From IMG/VR virus record IMGVR_UViG_3300025930_000008, positions 43,023-107,022 of that record: 64,000 nucleotides of DNA; one strand, written 5' to 3'. The position numbers were made by a program, and so were the translations under genes. Under the pieces are notes generated by a model, which made no database searches, had not been told where the DNA came from, and was given only the letters and a program-made list of their open reading frames with translations. Position 1 is the stretch's first letter. The number at the start of each line of letters is the position of its first letter. This DNA is from a virus. This document shows, piece after piece, positions 64,000-64,000 of the stretch.

Positions 64000-64000
64000 G

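Overview
A 64-kb piece of a large lytic-type myovirus (contractile tail) genome, by eye about 50-55% GC. The host is most likely an actinobacterium, inferred from leaderless -10-N6-ATG starts and a Bxz1-like gene set and order. There are three blocks. (1) 1-5.4 kb, minus strand: a dense RNA island with 16 canonical tRNAs (including Ile-UAU), two non-canonical tRNA-like genes (anticodons CAU and UUA), a tmRNA (tag ADTHTFALAA), about ten unexplained stem-closed structured elements, and microprotein genes that start at tRNA 3' ends and in three cases stop inside the next tRNA. (2) 5.4-26.3 kb: class II RNR (minus strand), then a plus-strand replication/recombination operon (DnaC-like loader, DnaB, MTase, ThyX, primase, SSB, RNase H, DnaE, RecA, resolvases, Cas4-like nuclease, sigma4-like protein, SNF2 helicase). 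(3) 26.3-64 kb, minus strand: neck, sheath, tube, frameshifted chaperones, tape measure, baseplate and fibres. Best leads: the tRNA-punctuated mRNA/ncRNA island, the tRNAPyl-shaped UUA tRNA, a hub protein fusing SGNH esterase, lytic transglycosylase and M23 domains, and a 4-module fibre followed by 4 small proteins sharing an N-terminal motif. All calls come from reading motifs by eye; no searches were run.
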